From Trichoplax sp. H2 (lineage: Eukaryota), in NCBI GenBank assembly GCA_003344405.1, contig NOWV01000209.1, forward strand, positions 1 to 64,000: DNA of 64,000 nucleotides, read 5' to 3'. Of this stretch, positions 61,800 through 64,000 are shown piece after piece. The translations under genes were made by a program, and so were the position numbers. The stretch's first letter is position 1. Each line of letters begins with the position of its first letter. The notes under the pieces were generated by a model. The model saw only the letters and a list, made by a program, of their open reading frames with translations. It was not told the DNA's origin and did no database searches.

Positions 61800-62404
61800 T
61801 TTTGCTTGGAGGAGTAATGGAAGGGAAGAATTTAGACGCTTTCAGCTGTCAATAGAAGAAATTGAAGGCAATGTTTGGTAGTTGATAGAGCAAATGCTCG
61901 AGATGGCTATGATCACACAATGTTTTTTTCTTCACATCGACAATTTATAGCAGGACTCTGGTTGCCAGTTGGGTCCTCCTACAGCGCCATACTGGAACTG
62001 TACCGTACCGTCTTGACGGTACTGAGTGCACAGTATTTTTGCAGTTGTATCGACGTACTGTACACTGTACACTGTAAAGGTTGGCTATATACTGAGTGAC
62101 AGTTGCTGCGATCATATTCTATTTTAGGGTATGACGTAAACAGTAGTGGGTGAACGGGGTAGGGTGACTTGACTGCTCACGTCAAACTGCTTGACACTGA
62201 GTCGAGAGAGTACAGTGATGCGCATTGGGCCAGGACGGCTGGACGACAGTACTACAAGAAAGAGAGAAGAACTGCCAACGCCATTCGTTGCCCTAGAACA
62301 GGCTAGCTGACTATTTCGGTGCTTATTTTAGCTATTCTGTTCATCTAAAATCGTGCACTGTACTGTAGTGTTTACGGCTACGCTCTGAAGTGGCTATCAA
62401 GTTG

Positions 62405-62570
62405 GTTGATTGCCCAGTCATTCCTCTACCGGAACCAATTCCCCGAGACACCGGGTAGAGATTAGAGATCGGAGAGATCGCTCTAAACACGAGACAGAGG
62501 CATGGACTACCGGACTCGTCTTAGGTGTTACAGTCCATACACCCGGACCAGACAGACGGGCTGGATCAGC
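62405..62570 (-). ncRNA. Candidate structured non-coding RNA of unknown family
   Basis: GC-rich island with a closing helix (62555-62567 with 62408-62419) enclosing three hairpins. The longest is 11 bp with three G-U pairs that form only on the - strand. No expression evidence. Confidence 0.45.
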
Positions 62571-62693
62571 AATATAGTATATAAAAGTATTGCATGCTTT
62601 TAAAAGTAAATCCCCTTCAAAATGATGTGGCACTTTAAAATGCGACTTTTAATATAAATGTACTGCACTGCATTGCCTCCTATAATATAATAT

Positions 62694-63228
62694 CAAGAGA
62701 GATTGTAGACATTCCTTCTTTGATATACGTATAGTTGACTAGGCGAACTCTCCTTCCTTTTACTGTATTTCCTTTGTACTGTTGGACCTCATGCACTCTA
62801 CTTAGTAATTCTACTCGACATAGCTAACCCTAAACGCTTGAATACCAAGCTTACGCGTAGTAAATAGAACTGGTTGAAAAAAGACGATAGATCATGATGC
62901 TCAAATAAGACGTTTATTGAATACAGGTAAAATGCGTCTAAAATTATGACTAAAATATAATGTCAAAAGAGATTGTAGACATTCCTCCTTCAATATACGT
63001 ATAGTTGATTAAGCGAACTCTCCTTCCTTCTACTCTATTTCCCTTGTACTGTTGGACCTCCTGCACTCTACTTAGTAATTCTACTCGACATAGCTAACCC
63101 TAAACGCTTGAATACCAAGCTTACGCGTAGTAAATAGAACTGGTTGAAAAAAGACGATAGATCATGATGCTCAAATAAGACGTTTATTGAATACAGGTAA
63201 AATACGTCTAAAATTATGACTAAAATAG
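62694..63228. repeat. Recent two-copy tandem duplication, period 270 bp
   Basis: gattgtagacattcc at 62701 and 62971. The distal halves are nearly identical. Each copy contains CTAACCCTAA and a - strand AATAAA. Confidence 0.95.
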
Positions 63229-64000
63229 CGTTGATATCGCCACAAAATTGGTAAAATCCCCAAAAAATCGATACAGTGACTTCTGTTAATAACCATAATC
63301 GTTGCTACTAGATAACGACTAAAATAGATACGGTAGGAGGTAAAAAAGATACGAGTTGCAACATGAGGCAAAAGCATACATTGCGATATCTTTTAATTAT
63401 AATATACCCGTGTAACGTCGTATTTTGGCTACATAATCTATCAACGAAATAATAGAAAAGGCTAAAATCCAACGGAAAATGTTCATTTCATCTTTCATCA
63501 CGTAGACGACAATGGATTAAGATATTCGAATAAGACATTTATCTATTACTAGCTGAAGCCGCACACCCAGCTGTGGATAAAGTATACTGTATATATAGAT
63601 ATACGTATATAAGGTTCGGTTTTCGCACACCAAATTGCACATTACAAATAATATATTGCTTGCAACGATAATATCAATCCCGCTGGTCATAATTAATACG
63701 CGAATTACCATTTTTGTAAACAGAATTACCTTACCCTAACCCTAAGCCTTATAGAATCACTTCAATGATGGCGATCTACTTGGGCTATAGCTATCGCTTC
63801 TGAATTACCCACTAATAGCTTTCGATGATTCTAATAACGCATGAATATAATATCTTTGACTCTGCTATACGAGTATATTTTCTCAAGTCCTTGATAATTC
63901 ATCTGCCATTACTTAATGCAATACGTGTATGTACTGAGTAGGAATACAGTCGGATGACTCAGGTTCTACTGTACTAATTTAGAAATCTCGACAGAAAATC

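Noticed and set aside
61381..61881. 166-aa + strand ORF
   Set aside because: Antisense to CHMP5 exon 1 and intron 1, non-ATG start, no recognisable domain.
62465..62481. GATCTCTCCGATCTC (- strand) resembling part of 5S rRNA
   Set aside because: The flanks do not match 5S, and the internal A and C boxes are absent.
62820..62900. CTAACCCTAA as a telomerase RNA template
   Set aside because: No recognisable pseudoknot, CR4/5 or H/ACA domain follows, and it is on the opposite strand to the structured candidate.
63760..63830. Possible last exon of a - strand gene (NHRKLLVGNSEAIAIAQVDRHH*)
   Set aside because: Too short and too close to the window edge to support.

Overview
AT-rich, intron-dense animal genomic DNA. 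The gene content and short introns suggest a placozoan (Trichoplax-like), but this is inferred, not shown. In order: (1) 0.9-13.1 kb, + strand: a leucine-rich-repeat GPCR (relaxin-receptor/LGR type) with at least 31 one-repeat exons, some decayed exons, and a nonsense codon replacing the Tyr of NPxxY. (2) 14.7-36.7 kb, - strand: three tandem 14-exon PLP-dependent decarboxylases of the GAD/CSAD/GADL1 family. None has the GAD substrate triad, and two have a triad I do not recognise. (3) 37-42.5 kb: decayed coding remnants and tandem repeats. (4) 43.4-61.8 kb: four housekeeping genes, JAZF1 (intronless CDS), AGPS (ends in the PTS1 signal SKL, no PTS2), ATXN7L3/SGF11 and CHMP5. Each 5' region carries arrays of a 5-bp (GTACW)n motif. 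(5) 62.4-62.6 kb: a GC-rich segment that folds into several stems on the - strand and matches no RNA family I recognise; it is a candidate novel ncRNA. Exon boundaries were read by eye and may be off by a few bases.
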